NCBI GenBank assembly: GCA_963665095.1
Contig: OY762069.1
Coordinates: forward strand, 4,736,001-4,800,000
Origin: an uncultured Desulfobacter sp.
Lineage (GTDB): Bacteria > Desulfobacterota > Desulfobacteria > Desulfobacterales > Desulfobacteraceae
Reading direction: 5' to 3'
Length of the DNA: 64,000 bases
Shown here: in pieces, positions 39,518 through 49,149 of the stretch
Layout of the letters: each line of letters opens with the position of its first letter
How positions within the stretch are numbered: the first letter of the stretch is position 1
The notes under the pieces: generated by a model
Databases searched by the model: none
Told to the model about the DNA's origin: nothing
Seen by the model: the letters and a program-made list of their open reading frames with translations, nothing else
Position numbers and translations under genes: made by a program

Positions 39518-40675
39518 TCAACGGAACCATCTGCGCTTGCCGGTTGTTTCATTCTCAGTCTCAGGTGCCTGGTCCACCATCAGCCGCTGTTTCATCAGGT
39601 TTTTGTTTTTGGCCGCTGCCACAGCCGTCTCCACAGAAATTTTGCCCTTTTTAACCAGCTTAATCAGGCATTGCTCCATGGTCATCATGCCGTCGTTGAA
39701 CCCGGTTTCAATATTGGAATAGATCATGTCATCCTTGGCCTGGCGGATGAGATTGGCAATGCCTGGCGTTGCAAACATCACCTCAACCCCGGGAATCCGG
39801 CCGGTATTCCCGGCATTGGGCAGAAGCCGCTGGGACACCACTGCTTTGAGAGTCGATGCCAGCTGCTGCCGGATCTGGGGCTGTTCACCGGCTGGAAACG
39901 CCCCCACCAGTCGGTTAATGGTGGAGACACAGTCCCGGGAGTGAAGGGTGGAAAAGACCAGGTGGCCTGTTTCTGCGGCCATGATGGCCGTGCGCATGGT
40001 TTCAAGATCCCGCATCTCGCCAACCAGAATTACGTCCGGGTCCGCACGAAGGGCATCTCGCAGGGCGGAAGAAAAAGAGGATACATCAGAATAAAGCTCA
40101 CGCTGGTTGATTATGCTCATTCGGTTTTCATGCACGTATTCAATGGGGTCCTCAATGGTGATGATGTGGTGGTTCTGGGTGTCGTTGATCTGGTGGATCA
40201 CCGTGGCCAGGGTGGTGGACTTACCGGAGCCTGTCACCCCTGTTACCAGGACCAGACCATCCCGGATGGTGGGCAGCCGGGACAAACAGTCAGGCAGTCC
40301 TAAACTTTCAAATGTGGGAATCCCGGAAGCCAGGAGCCGGAACGCCGCTGAAATGGCACCTCGCTGGTAATACGCTGCCACACGAAACCGGCCCACGTCG
40401 TTGATGCTCACGGCAAAATCCACGGACTTCTTTTCCTCAAGCACTTCCCGGTAACGGTCCGTGAGCACCTGGTCCATGAGCCGCCGGATATCCTTGGAAG
40501 AATAGGGCGCATGCCCGGGATGAGGCGTAATTTTTCCCTTGATCCTGTACATGGGCGGCATGTCTGCGGCCAGGTGAAGGTCAGATGCCCCCATCTCAAG
40601 CGTCCGGGCAAACAGTTCCCTGATATCTTTTTCTCTGACCCCTTCGGTGAAGGGAATGTCCACACAAACTCTCAT
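39518..40675 (-). CDS. pilT: PilT-family retraction ATPase
   Basis: ASDLHL, GVTGSGKSTT, TIEDPIE, ALRADPDVILVGEMRD, AETGHLV, ANLIRQ, GMMTM. Confidence 0.9.
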   Translation of the reverse strand: MRVCVDIPFTEGVREKDIRELFARTLEMGASDLHLAADMPPMYRIKGKITPHPGHAPYSSKDIRRLMDQVLTDRYREVLEEKKSVDFAVSINDVGRFRVAAYYQRGAISAAFRLLASGIPTFESLGLPDCLSRLPTIRDGLVLVTGVTGSGKSTTLATVIHQINDTQNHHIITIEDPIEYVHENRMSIINQRELYSDVSSFSSALRDALRADPDVILVGEMRDLETMRTAIMAAETGHLVFSTLHSRDCVSTINRLVGAFPAGEQPQIRQQLASTLKAVVSQRLLPNAGNTGRIPGVEVMFATPGIANLIRQAKDDMIYSNIETGFNDGMMTMEQCLIKLVKKGKISVETAVAAAKNKNLMKQRLMVDQAPETENETTGKRRWFR

Positions 40676-40690
40676 AACAGCTCCCTGTCT

Positions 40691-42748
40691 CTAATAAATC
40701 ACATCTTTTTCCTGTTGATCGTTCAGGCTTGCCCGGCCTTTATCTGTTTTGCCCGGATTCTGGGTTTCGGCCTTTTGCCCCGCATCCACAGACTCAGCTG
40801 TCCTTTTCTCATCGGTCAGCAGATTCTCCCGGCCATCAAGTATGGTGGTGTGCGAGCTTCTGCGCTGCAAAAATAGATCGGTCTCCTCACCAGCCAGCCC
40901 GGGATGGTTGATAATATGCGGGGTGATAATGATCACAGTCTCGGTTTTCTGGGTGGAGTCGTTCTCCTGGCGGAACAGGTACTTGAGAAGAGGCACATCC
41001 CCTAAAAACGGGGTCTTTTTCACCGAGTTGTCCACGGTTTCCCGGATGATGCCACCCAACGCAATGGTCTGTCCGGACTTGGCCGTGACAATGGACTCAA
41101 TCTCGCTTTTGGTCTGGCCGTCCAGGGGGAACTCAATGAGATTGCCGTTGTCATCGGACAGGGTCACCGCGGTCATGTTGTACTGGGCCGAAGAGATTTC
41201 GGCATCAATCTCCATGGTCACGGTATTGTCTTCATTGATAAAGGTGGAGATCTCTAAGTCAGTGCCAAGCTCTTCCCTGAGGATATCAACAATAAAGGTG
41301 TTGATGGTGTCCCCGGAATCGCCGATGGGAATGGTCTCCTTGGACACATCATCCCGCAGGGGCACCTCTTCGCCTACAAAGAAATTCACCGTGGCGTTGT
41401 TGGCGCACATCAGAAAGGGCGATGATATGGTGTTGGCCCGTCCCTCGGACTCATACAGCGAGATCTGGGCCTGGATATTGCTGAAGGAGAGAATCCCGCC
41501 CAAAGTGGAGCCGGAGGCCGCGCTGCTGGCCAGGGTGCTCAGACCGCCCCCTTCATTTACTGTTCCGCCCGGTGTTATACGGCTGTCCGTAGTGCTGCCG
41601 GAATAATCTCCGAAATCAAACTGGAAAAAGCTTTCAAACTCGTCCCCCAGGGTAATCTGCAGAATTTTTACCTCCAGCAATACCTGACTTGTGGGGGTGT
41701 CCAGGGTTTCAATGATCTTTGCCATCTCGTTGATCAGGCTTTGGTCCAGAGAACGGGCAATGATGGTGTTGTTCCTCTTGAACACCGTGAGAATGGCCAA
41801 AAGCGGCTTTTTACTTTTAGTGCTGCTCTTTTTAGCTGTGGCATTATTGGCAGCGGAGACGGCAGCCGCAGCCGCAGCCAGGGTCTCCTGAAGGACCTGC
41901 TGCTGTTTCGCCTGGTCTGCCTGGGCACTGCTGCGGCTCTCCTGTCCGTAGCTACTCTGTTTTGTCAGTTGATTCATGAACACAATGCGCTGGGACGCAG
42001 AATTATCCAGGTCCGGGCCGTCATATTCCCCGCCCAGATCCACCTCCTCCTCCGGATCCACATGTCCGTATATCTTTTCATCCTCAATGGCGGCCAGGTA
42101 AACTTCCGAGCCCATGAGTGCCTGGATGATTTTGGCCATGTCCGCGGCATTGGTGTATTTAATGGAAAACGCCCGGGTATGTTCGGTCTGGCGGATCTCA
42201 ATGTCATTGACATACTCCTCCCGGGTCATCAGGGTCACAATATTATGCCCCTCCCGGAACCACAGGTTGTTGAGACGGCAGATGGTTTCAAGGGCGGACC
42301 TGAGACTGATATCCTGCATGTAAATACTGATATTGGTGTTTTCAACGGTTTTGGTGGGCACCACATTGGTGCCGCACAACCGGGTGAGCAGTTCTGTAAG
42401 CTGTCTTACCGGCACATCGCGAAGAATCAAAGAGCGGATGATTTCAGACATGCCCTTGAGCGCGTCCGCTTCCTGTGCGCCCGCGCTCATAAGTTTTTCA
42501 GCCTGTCCCGGTTCAACTTGCGTCCCCTTGATAACCTTGACAATGGGCTTCTCCCCGTCCGGATAGAGGTCCTTGATAGTGGGGTGTTTTTTCTCCACCC
42601 CGTCAATGACCATGCGGGTATTGTATGGATTGGGTGCGGCCAGGGAGTCCGGGCTTTCAGGTTTGGAATCATTGCACCCTGCCATCAGGGTGCAGGCTGC
42701 TGTGAGAACTGCCGGGAACATGAATTTTGTCAGGAATTTCTGGATCAT
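40691..42748 (-). CDS. Secretin (GspD/PilQ family), lipoprotein type
   Basis: Lipobox MAGC; QVLLEVKI, GQTIALGGII, PFLGDVPLLKYLF, VIIITPHII. Confidence 0.92.
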   Translation of the reverse strand: MIQKFLTKFMFPAVLTAACTLMAGCNDSKPESPDSLAAPNPYNTRMVIDGVEKKHPTIKDLYPDGEKPIVKVIKGTQVEPGQAEKLMSAGAQEADALKGMSEIIRSLILRDVPVRQLTELLTRLCGTNVVPTKTVENTNISIYMQDISLRSALETICRLNNLWFREGHNIVTLMTREEYVNDIEIRQTEHTRAFSIKYTNAADMAKIIQALMGSEVYLAAIEDEKIYGHVDPEEEVDLGGEYDGPDLDNSASQRIVFMNQLTKQSSYGQESRSSAQADQAKQQQVLQETLAAAAAAVSAANNATAKKSSTKSKKPLLAILTVFKRNNTIIARSLDQSLINEMAKIIETLDTPTSQVLLEVKILQITLGDEFESFFQFDFGDYSGSTTDSRITPGGTVNEGGGLSTLASSAASGSTLGGILSFSNIQAQISLYESEGRANTISSPFLMCANNATVNFFVGEEVPLRDDVSKETIPIGDSGDTINTFIVDILREELGTDLEISTFINEDNTVTMEIDAEISSAQYNMTAVTLSDDNGNLIEFPLDGQTKSEIESIVTAKSGQTIALGGIIRETVDNSVKKTPFLGDVPLLKYLFRQENDSTQKTETVIIITPHIINHPGLAGEETDLFLQRRSSHTTILDGRENLLTDEKRTAESVDAGQKAETQNPGKTDKGRASLNDQQEKDVIY

Positions 42749-42758
42749 GGTTTGTCCT

Positions 42759-43112
42759 TTAATCTACCTCCACCTCACAGGTCTCTCCGTTGCCGGCCTT
42801 TAACAAAATGCTCCTGTTTTTGATCTTTACAATCCGGTATGTATGGTCTACCCCGTTGTGGGTCACAATGATTCTGGAATCCTTTGAATAAACCGCGGGC
42901 GGCCGTTCCGGATTTGTCCGGACAATGACCTTGGCATTGGTGTCCGTGGTGATCAGGCCGATGATTTCGATCTGCTTTTTGGCGGCCTTATAGTTGAAAA
43001 GCGCCTGGGGAGGGGCTGCCGGCTCTTCAAACGGACTTCGTTCGGCAGCAGCTGAAGGCAGTGCCGCAAAGAGGTAAAGCAGGGTCAGGCAGACAAGCGC
43101 GTGGGGTTTCAT
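42759..43112 (-). CDS. PilP-like periplasmic protein
   Basis: Signal peptide, RSPF motif, beta-rich; lies between the PilO-like gene and the secretin. Confidence 0.6.
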   Translation of the reverse strand: MKPHALVCLTLLYLFAALPSAAAERSPFEEPAAPPQALFNYKAAKKQIEIIGLITTDTNAKVIVRTNPERPPAVYSKDSRIIVTHNGVDHTYRIVKIKNRSILLKAGNGETCEVEVD

Positions 43113-43135
43113 ATCAGTCCTTTAAAACATACAGG

Positions 43136-43678
43136 TTAAATTTTCAGGGTAAAGGCAATGGATAACGGGGATGATTTCACCCCCGAACTGGCCATCTGGA
43201 TGCCGGAAACCTCCACGGCATCCCCAAGCTGCTCAAGTTCCATCAAAAAGTTGACAAACCCTGTAAAATCGCCTTTCAGGTTCATGGTAAAAGGGGACCA
43301 GTCAATGTATTTTCCCGGTTCCCGCTCTTTGGGGGCAATGGTGATCACCTTCAGGTCGTTCATCACCATGATGGTGGAGATTTTGCTTAACAGCCGGGAG
43401 ATATCATCCGGGTTGCCCGCGTTCAGGGCCAGGTTGCCGTTCTCCTCTTTAAGTTCGGCCAGGCGCTTTTTATTCTGCTCAATGGTTTTTTCCAGTTGGA
43501 ACAGCGGAGGAATATCCTTTAGTTTGTTCAGTTCCGCCACCACTTTGTTCCGTTTTTTCAACGTGGTTTGAAGCACCTTGGTCTGGGGATCATACATATA
43601 TTTCATGTAGAAAAAGGTGCAGGCGATGATCAGTGCCGCCGCCAGCCCGAACTTTTCAAGATTGGTCATGGATTTCAT
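43136..43678 (-). CDS. PilO-like protein
   Basis: TM plus coiled coil plus GDFTGFVNFLMELE; ATGA overlap with the upstream stop. Confidence 0.75.
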   Translation of the reverse strand: MKSMTNLEKFGLAAALIIACTFFYMKYMYDPQTKVLQTTLKKRNKVVAELNKLKDIPPLFQLEKTIEQNKKRLAELKEENGNLALNAGNPDDISRLLSKISTIMVMNDLKVITIAPKEREPGKYIDWSPFTMNLKGDFTGFVNFLMELEQLGDAVEVSGIQMASSGVKSSPLSIAFTLKI

Positions 43679-45185
43679 TGAACTGCCTCGCTTTCCGGAT
43701 TGACATCCACCTGAACCACAAAGCTCAGCTGACTGCCGGTTTTGGCGTCCAGGGATTTGAGAACCGCTGAGGTGCACCACGCATTGTCCTGCATGGCAAC
43801 GGAAAAAAGCCCCACCCGGGTCAGATCCCAGCTCCGGCCGGTAATGGTGAAGGTGTTGGGTGTATCGGGATTCTGGGCCACGGTATCCAGCACCAGCCCG
43901 TCAGGCACGGCCCTGGCGACACCTTTAAAGCAGGTCACCAGGATGGCAAGCTTCTGGTCTGCAATCCTGTTGACAAAGTTGATGCGGTCCTGGACCGTTC
44001 GGATATCTTTTTCCAGCTGGGTGGCTTTTTTCAGCAGATCCTCATATTTCTGGATGGTACTTTTGTTTTTTTCCACCTCTGCGAGTATTGTTTGATGTCG
44101 GACTTAAACCGCCGCTCCTGGTATTTCATGAACTGATTGTGGCCCAGAAGCCCTAGGGCCAGGACAGAGGTGGCCACCAGGGGCATCACATAGACATTGC
44201 GCTTGAGCCGGACCCGTAAAGGTTCGGAGTCATCAATCCCCACCTTGTGCATGGTCTTGCCGCCAAGCTCCCTGCAGCCTGCGCCCACGGCCGTGCCGAA
44301 TATTGCATCTGCAGGGTCTGTCTCCTTGTGGGTGATCTGGGCGGTTTTGGACAGCATCAGGGGCCGGGCTCCGGATGGAGAGAGTCGGTTTACATAGTCG
44401 GCAATTTCCGGTATGGCCGCCCCAGGACCTGTCAGCACCACCGGCTCATGGTCTGGGGCCTGGGACAGGGTGAACTTGAGGCTGCTTTCCAGATCCCGAG
44501 ATCCAACGGCCGAGGTGAGGTGGGACCGAATGGCGTCTGATGAGAAGTTCAGGGTGGAGATCTGGTCCGGGTGCCGCCCCTGGAATATGGCAAAGTTGGA
44601 ATAGTCCGTGCCGATTTCCAGAATGGCCCGGGGGATGTCCGGACTTTCCAGGAACAGGGGCATGTAAAAACTGACCTCGGGCGGATAGACCCGGATCAGC
44701 TTCAGACCGGCCGCCTTAAACCGTTCCCGCACCGCCACATAAACATTTTTTTCAATGGCCGAGATATTGACCATGATCTCGTCGGTCTCATTCTCGTATA
44801 CAATCTCGCCGGGTGCGGCCTTGGGTTGGGGCTCTTTTTCCACGCCCACCAGGGCATTGCCACCGGTGATTCCTGTATAGGATTCAATCTCCCATTTGGC
44901 AGCCTCTGACAGCTGGTAGTCCGACATGTTCGACACTTTTTTGCGGTCCATGAACAGCTCTGTGGACCGGGCCAGGGCCGTGACATACACGGCATTTCTG
45001 CCCGTATACTTAAGCGTCTCCTTCAGCTCTTTGAGGCTGTCAATGGCCGGCAGGTCTTCATCGGGCTTGGAGCGCTTCATCCCAGCATAGTCCAGGATGG
45101 CAATTTTGTTGCCCCTTCCCTTGAGCAGCACGCCTCTGATGATATCTTCACTGACTTCCACGGCCAGTATGGTCTGTTGCAGCAT
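43675..45185 (-). CDS. PilM-PilN fusion interrupted by a 1-nt frameshift near 44066-44085 (tracked as two ORFs)
   Basis: ORF 44031..45185 carries an actin-like PilM region plus the PilN-type TM. ORF 43675..44076 carries the PilN periplasmic part (AVPDGLVL, ITG.S) without a TM. Confidence 0.65.
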
Positions 45186-45218
45186 TGGTCTATCCGTGCG
45201 TTTCAGGCATAATCATGG

Positions 45219-47363
45219 TTAAAATACTTGGAAAGCCGCTGTGTCCATCTCGATTGATTCCACCTGGCCGGTGCCGGCCATGGGCAGAACATTGAAGATC
45301 ACCTGTTTGAAGGACTCCCCCTCGTCCAGCACATCATCGTTATCGTCATCATTCCACACCACAAGGAACCTTGCTCCGGTGCCAAGAACAGTGCCTGAAC
45401 CGGAGAACTCAAGACAGGGACTGCCGGGCCAGGTGCCGGTACTCCAGTCATCGGAGGTCCCGTCGCTGTCCTCATCGGTCAACGCAGCACAGGTTAACAC
45501 CGTGTCATCTTCCAGGGTGCCGTCCTCATTGGTTATACCGTCCACAAAGAGCCGGGCCTTGGTGGTGGATGCCGTGGCATTGAGTACGGTGAGACTGCCT
45601 AAGGTCAGATACCCCGGCGTGAACTGATATGCCCGGATCTCCAGCACCTGGTTGTCCTGGTTTTCCGTCTGGGTCGGATCATAGTCATCAATGTCCAGGA
45701 CCTCATCAAAATCATCGGGCTCGGCCTTGGCACCATCCACAGTGGTGCCGAAATCAAACAAACCGTCCGTCCCCCGGCTCAGTATCAGCAGGGCATTGTT
45801 GCTGGTATCTTTGAAAAACAGGATCTCATTGCCCCAGGCATCCCGGATTACCTGATTCTTATCCAGGCCTTCGGGCACCGAATGATAGGCTCGGGCCCAG
45901 CCGATGCCCCAGGCTTTTTCATCCAGGTCATCCGTAACGCCGTCCTCACCCTCATCATTGTCCGCTGTGTCAGACAGATTGGGGGTCCGGGTCCAAAGTC
46001 CCCTTGGCTGACCTTTGGTATAGTCGGTGTCGGTACTGCTGACCACCATCTGATTATCCCACTGGCCTGTTTCACTTTCGCTTTCAGCCGCCTCCCAAAG
46101 AAACAGGTCCGGCAGTTCAAGCAGATCTCCTGTGTACCCGGTGTTCAGCCCCTCCGGACTTCTGCCGATGAGCGCCCGTTTAATTGAGGACAAAATTGCC
46201 GCTGTGGCTGCCCGGTTATCCGCTTCTTCCTGTTCAAACACGGTTTCATACTCATGGGAGTAAATCTTCATCACAATATTGTCCTGGTTTTCATCCAGGG
46301 TGTCGTCATAGGCTTTGCCCATGGTGTCATCGGCGTCCACACTCCAGCTGTGGCCGGTGCAGGTCCCCTTGGTGGGATATCTGGCGTCAAAGTCCGGCCC
46401 TTCGGACACTATCCAGAAGATGGTGGCATCCTCCCGGTCCGGGTCCGCTGTGATAAAAAAGCGCAATGCCCTTCCCCAGCCGTCCATGAACCGGCCGTCG
46501 GTATTCAGCAGCCGATATTTTTCCTTGTCATCAAACAGCTCGCCCATGGCAGCGTCATAATCCCCGTCTTCCCAGGTCTCCCAGCCCGAGGCGTCAATCC
46601 AGGCAGGAGGGAGCTTTTCATAGTCTGCCATACTTTTGGCATAGTGGCTGCCCGCCTCATCACTGCGGGCACTGGGCGGCAGGAGATAGGGGCCTTTCCA
46701 CTCCTCCCCCGCTTCATCTCCCAAAATTTTGCCCGGGGCTTTATGGTCTTCGGAGAGATCAAAAGGCAGATCTTCCACATAACAGGTCCACAAGCCCCTT
46801 GGCTGGCCCTCGTTTTCCGTTTCAAGGCCGCCGATGTGGTCCGCATTGTCAGTGGTGTCGTCGGTTAGCTTCCGGTAGGGGGCCAGCCATTTCCACCTTT
46901 TTTGTACAAACTCACCCGCCGGCCGGAAAAAGACGTAATCCGAGTCCATGGTGTAATCAGGCCCCTGGCCAAGGCCGGCTGTCAGGTTTTCAGGATCATC
47001 CCAGCCTGTGCCCTCAAAGCTGGGCTTGATCTCGGCCCGGGCCTCCCACAGATCCGGGAATGCCTTCATATCCCCCACATATCCGCCAATGACCCGCTGC
47101 CCGTTCTTGTCATATACCCCGGCAGGCCCCATGACGGCCTTTCTGATCCTTTCCATGGTCTCCCGGGTGATCTGCGCTTTACGGTCATTATCCATGGTGC
47201 CCAGGGCGGACCAGGCCATGGCGCTCATCATCCCTAAAATAAAGATCACGATCATGACCTCCAGCAGGGTAAAGCCGCTTTGGCAGGCAATATCTTTCCC
47301 AATGCCAATCAATGGGCTTTCCAGGGTTGTCTTGTTCTTTTTGGGGGGTGGCGTCTTTTTCAT
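45219..47363 (-). CDS. Giant acidic pilin-like protein (714 aa) with internal duplication
   Basis: G|FTLLEVMIVIFILG class III signal; two GQPRGLWT repeats and two D.WG...S.G.D GspG-like motifs. Confidence 0.8.
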   Translation of the reverse strand: MKKTPPPKKNKTTLESPLIGIGKDIACQSGFTLLEVMIVIFILGMMSAMAWSALGTMDNDRKAQITRETMERIRKAVMGPAGVYDKNGQRVIGGYVGDMKAFPDLWEARAEIKPSFEGTGWDDPENLTAGLGQGPDYTMDSDYVFFRPAGEFVQKRWKWLAPYRKLTDDTTDNADHIGGLETENEGQPRGLWTCYVEDLPFDLSEDHKAPGKILGDEAGEEWKGPYLLPPSARSDEAGSHYAKSMADYEKLPPAWIDASGWETWEDGDYDAAMGELFDDKEKYRLLNTDGRFMDGWGRALRFFITADPDREDATIFWIVSEGPDFDARYPTKGTCTGHSWSVDADDTMGKAYDDTLDENQDNIVMKIYSHEYETVFEQEEADNRAATAAILSSIKRALIGRSPEGLNTGYTGDLLELPDLFLWEAAESESETGQWDNQMVVSSTDTDYTKGQPRGLWTRTPNLSDTADNDEGEDGVTDDLDEKAWGIGWARAYHSVPEGLDKNQVIRDAWGNEILFFKDTSNNALLILSRGTDGLFDFGTTVDGAKAEPDDFDEVLDIDDYDPTQTENQDNQVLEIRAYQFTPGYLTLGSLTVLNATASTTKARLFVDGITNEDGTLEDDTVLTCAALTDEDSDGTSDDWSTGTWPGSPCLEFSGSGTVLGTGARFLVVWNDDDNDDVLDEGESFKQVIFNVLPMAGTGQVESIEMDTAAFQVF

Positions 47364-47472
47364 TTTTAAATGACCGTATGCGTTCGGTATGGTTTTTCAG
47401 TCAACTTCAATGGGTGGACCTTGTATCCGCAATGGCATCTGTTTTTAGTTTAAAATCACTCTGTTTTTGCCT

Positions 47473-48063
47473 TTATTCTCTTCCCCAGGTTTTTACTTGA
47501 ATTTTGCTGCCATACCCGAAGAAGCGGTACACACCGTCACACAATGCTTTGATATTATTAGCTGAAAGATTGGTTTCAACAAAAATGCCGGAGTCTTTGA
47601 TCGGACGACCGTCTCTGAGCCAATTGCGTTTTAAGGCAAAATAAGCCCTCTTCCCTTGGACGCCCTCAATTGCCCGGGCAAACGTCTCCCTGTTTTCGGC
47701 GTAGATTCTTGCGCATAAATCAGTGAGCAAGTGCTTCCATGAAGTAACATCATGCCTTTCCCCGCCGAGTACATACCATAGCGGTTTTGTCCCCTTATAA
47801 ACTTCTTCGTGGGAAACAGTGATATATTCAAACCCGCCGACAAAACGGTTTGAGGGTGCATCATCTGTCATGTCAGAATCCGTGACGGACAGGAACCGTT
47901 TCTGGAAATAGGCCGCCACCGCCTGTTTTTCCGGCTTGAGTCCGGTTTGGTTACCGGCTTCTCGAATAATATGTTCCATTAAAATATCCGGCATATTTCG
48001 ACCCAGCGATGCCATGGTCCGGTCAAGGGCCGCTTCCATTTTTTTGTCAAGTATGGCTGTCAT
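47473..48063 (-). CDS. Hypothetical cytoplasmic protein with putative DNA-binding domain
   Basis: ATG one base after the upstream TGA. C-terminus SWK.LL...YF...FVETNLSANNI...FGY recalls a module seen fused to restriction proteins. Confidence 0.5.
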   Translation of the reverse strand: MTAILDKKMEAALDRTMASLGRNMPDILMEHIIREAGNQTGLKPEKQAVAAYFQKRFLSVTDSDMTDDAPSNRFVGGFEYITVSHEEVYKGTKPLWYVLGGERHDVTSWKHLLTDLCARIYAENRETFARAIEGVQGKRAYFALKRNWLRDGRPIKDSGIFVETNLSANNIKALCDGVYRFFGYGSKIQVKTWGRE

Positions 48064-48064
48064 C

Positions 48065-49090
48065 TCAGTCTCCAATATCCCCGTTATCATTAAAATCAAT
48101 GCCCCAGAAGCTGGCCCCGGAAGAGGGATGAAACTTCTCCCCGATGGCGTTGATCACTGTGAAAAAAGCCGGGTCCTGGGCTTCGTACAAATTAATTTCA
48201 CGCACCTTTGCAATGGACAGGTCAGACGCTTCTGCGCTGGATGACGTGTCCATTGCAAAACTGGTGAACGTATCTGCGCCCAATGGATTATCTTGTTCCA
48301 GTCGCATGGAAGTGGCGCTGAGCCGGGGAATCACAAGGGAGTACCAGGCATAGTCAAAGTTGTGTGGTTCGGTGATGCCGTGGGGACAGACCGATGCATT
48401 GAACATATAGCCCTGCTTTATCAGTTCACTCTCCGGGCCCAGGCCAAAGAGAATGCAGAAATTAAGATCATTTTCCCCCCAGCCGGGTTCATCCGTATCC
48501 ACTTCAGTGGCCTCAATGACGCCGTCGTCATCACTGTCCCCGCCACCGATCATCAGGACTGCCGTGCCTGCGGCCACCTTTTCCATGACAGGGGAGGGGT
48601 TGGACACGGCATCGTCATAGGCGGAGTTCAGGTTGTACACATGGACAATGCCCATGTCCCGGAGTTCCTGTGCCTCATCCTCATCCAGATAATGCACAGC
48701 CGGCCGGCACCGCTGTTCAAAGGCATAGGCCAGCACCTCCCTGCCGTTGTCCGGGTCCTGGTCCGACACTTCCGGTTTCTGATAGTCACCGGAACTCTCG
48801 TCTGTGGAGACAATGTTAATAAGCCCGCCCGGATATTTGCCATAATCCTGGATATAGGCCGTGATGAACTTGATCAGTCTGGCTTCGTTCATGCGTCCTC
48901 CCGTGTCCGTGGCCTGGGCTGTCATTCCGGCAAACTTAGGCGCGGACATGGCCAGGATAAACCCGAGGACAGTGAGAACTATCAGGACTTCCATAAGGGT
49001 GAAACCTGATGAATTAAAGGGGAATGAAGGATGCCTGATTTTGGTCACCGAACTTGGCATTTTTATACCTGCAGATGCAATATTTTTCAT
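48065..49090 (-). CDS. Large type IV pilin-like protein, paralogue of the major pilin
   Basis: G|FTLMEVLIVLTVLG; shares SD.DPDNG.E.L, HYLD..EA.E...MGIV.VYNLN, PRL.AT and WGID with 49150..50292. Confidence 0.85.
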   Translation of the reverse strand: MKNIASAGIKMPSSVTKIRHPSFPFNSSGFTLMEVLIVLTVLGFILAMSAPKFAGMTAQATDTGGRMNEARLIKFITAYIQDYGKYPGGLINIVSTDESSGDYQKPEVSDQDPDNGREVLAYAFEQRCRPAVHYLDEDEAQELRDMGIVHVYNLNSAYDDAVSNPSPVMEKVAAGTAVLMIGGGDSDDDGVIEATEVDTDEPGWGENDLNFCILFGLGPESELIKQGYMFNASVCPHGITEPHNFDYAWYSLVIPRLSATSMRLEQDNPLGADTFTSFAMDTSSSAEASDLSIAKVREINLYEAQDPAFFTVINAIGEKFHPSSGASFWGIDFNDNGDIGD

Positions 49091-49096
49091 TGGAAA

Positions 49097-49123
49097 GGCA
49101 GAGGGAGATAAACTCCCTCTGCC
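49097..49123 (-). terminator. Stem-loop after the major pilin (partial terminator or stabiliser)
   Basis: 11-bp perfect stem GGCAGAGGGAG/CTCCCTCTGCC with a short U tail on the minus strand. Confidence 0.7.
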
Positions 49124-49149
49124 ATGGTGCTCAGATTAAACGATAACGA

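Noticed and set aside
37926..42823. Several long plus-strand ORFs (352, 275, 285, 360 aa)
   Set aside because: Antisense to clear PilB, PilT and secretin genes.
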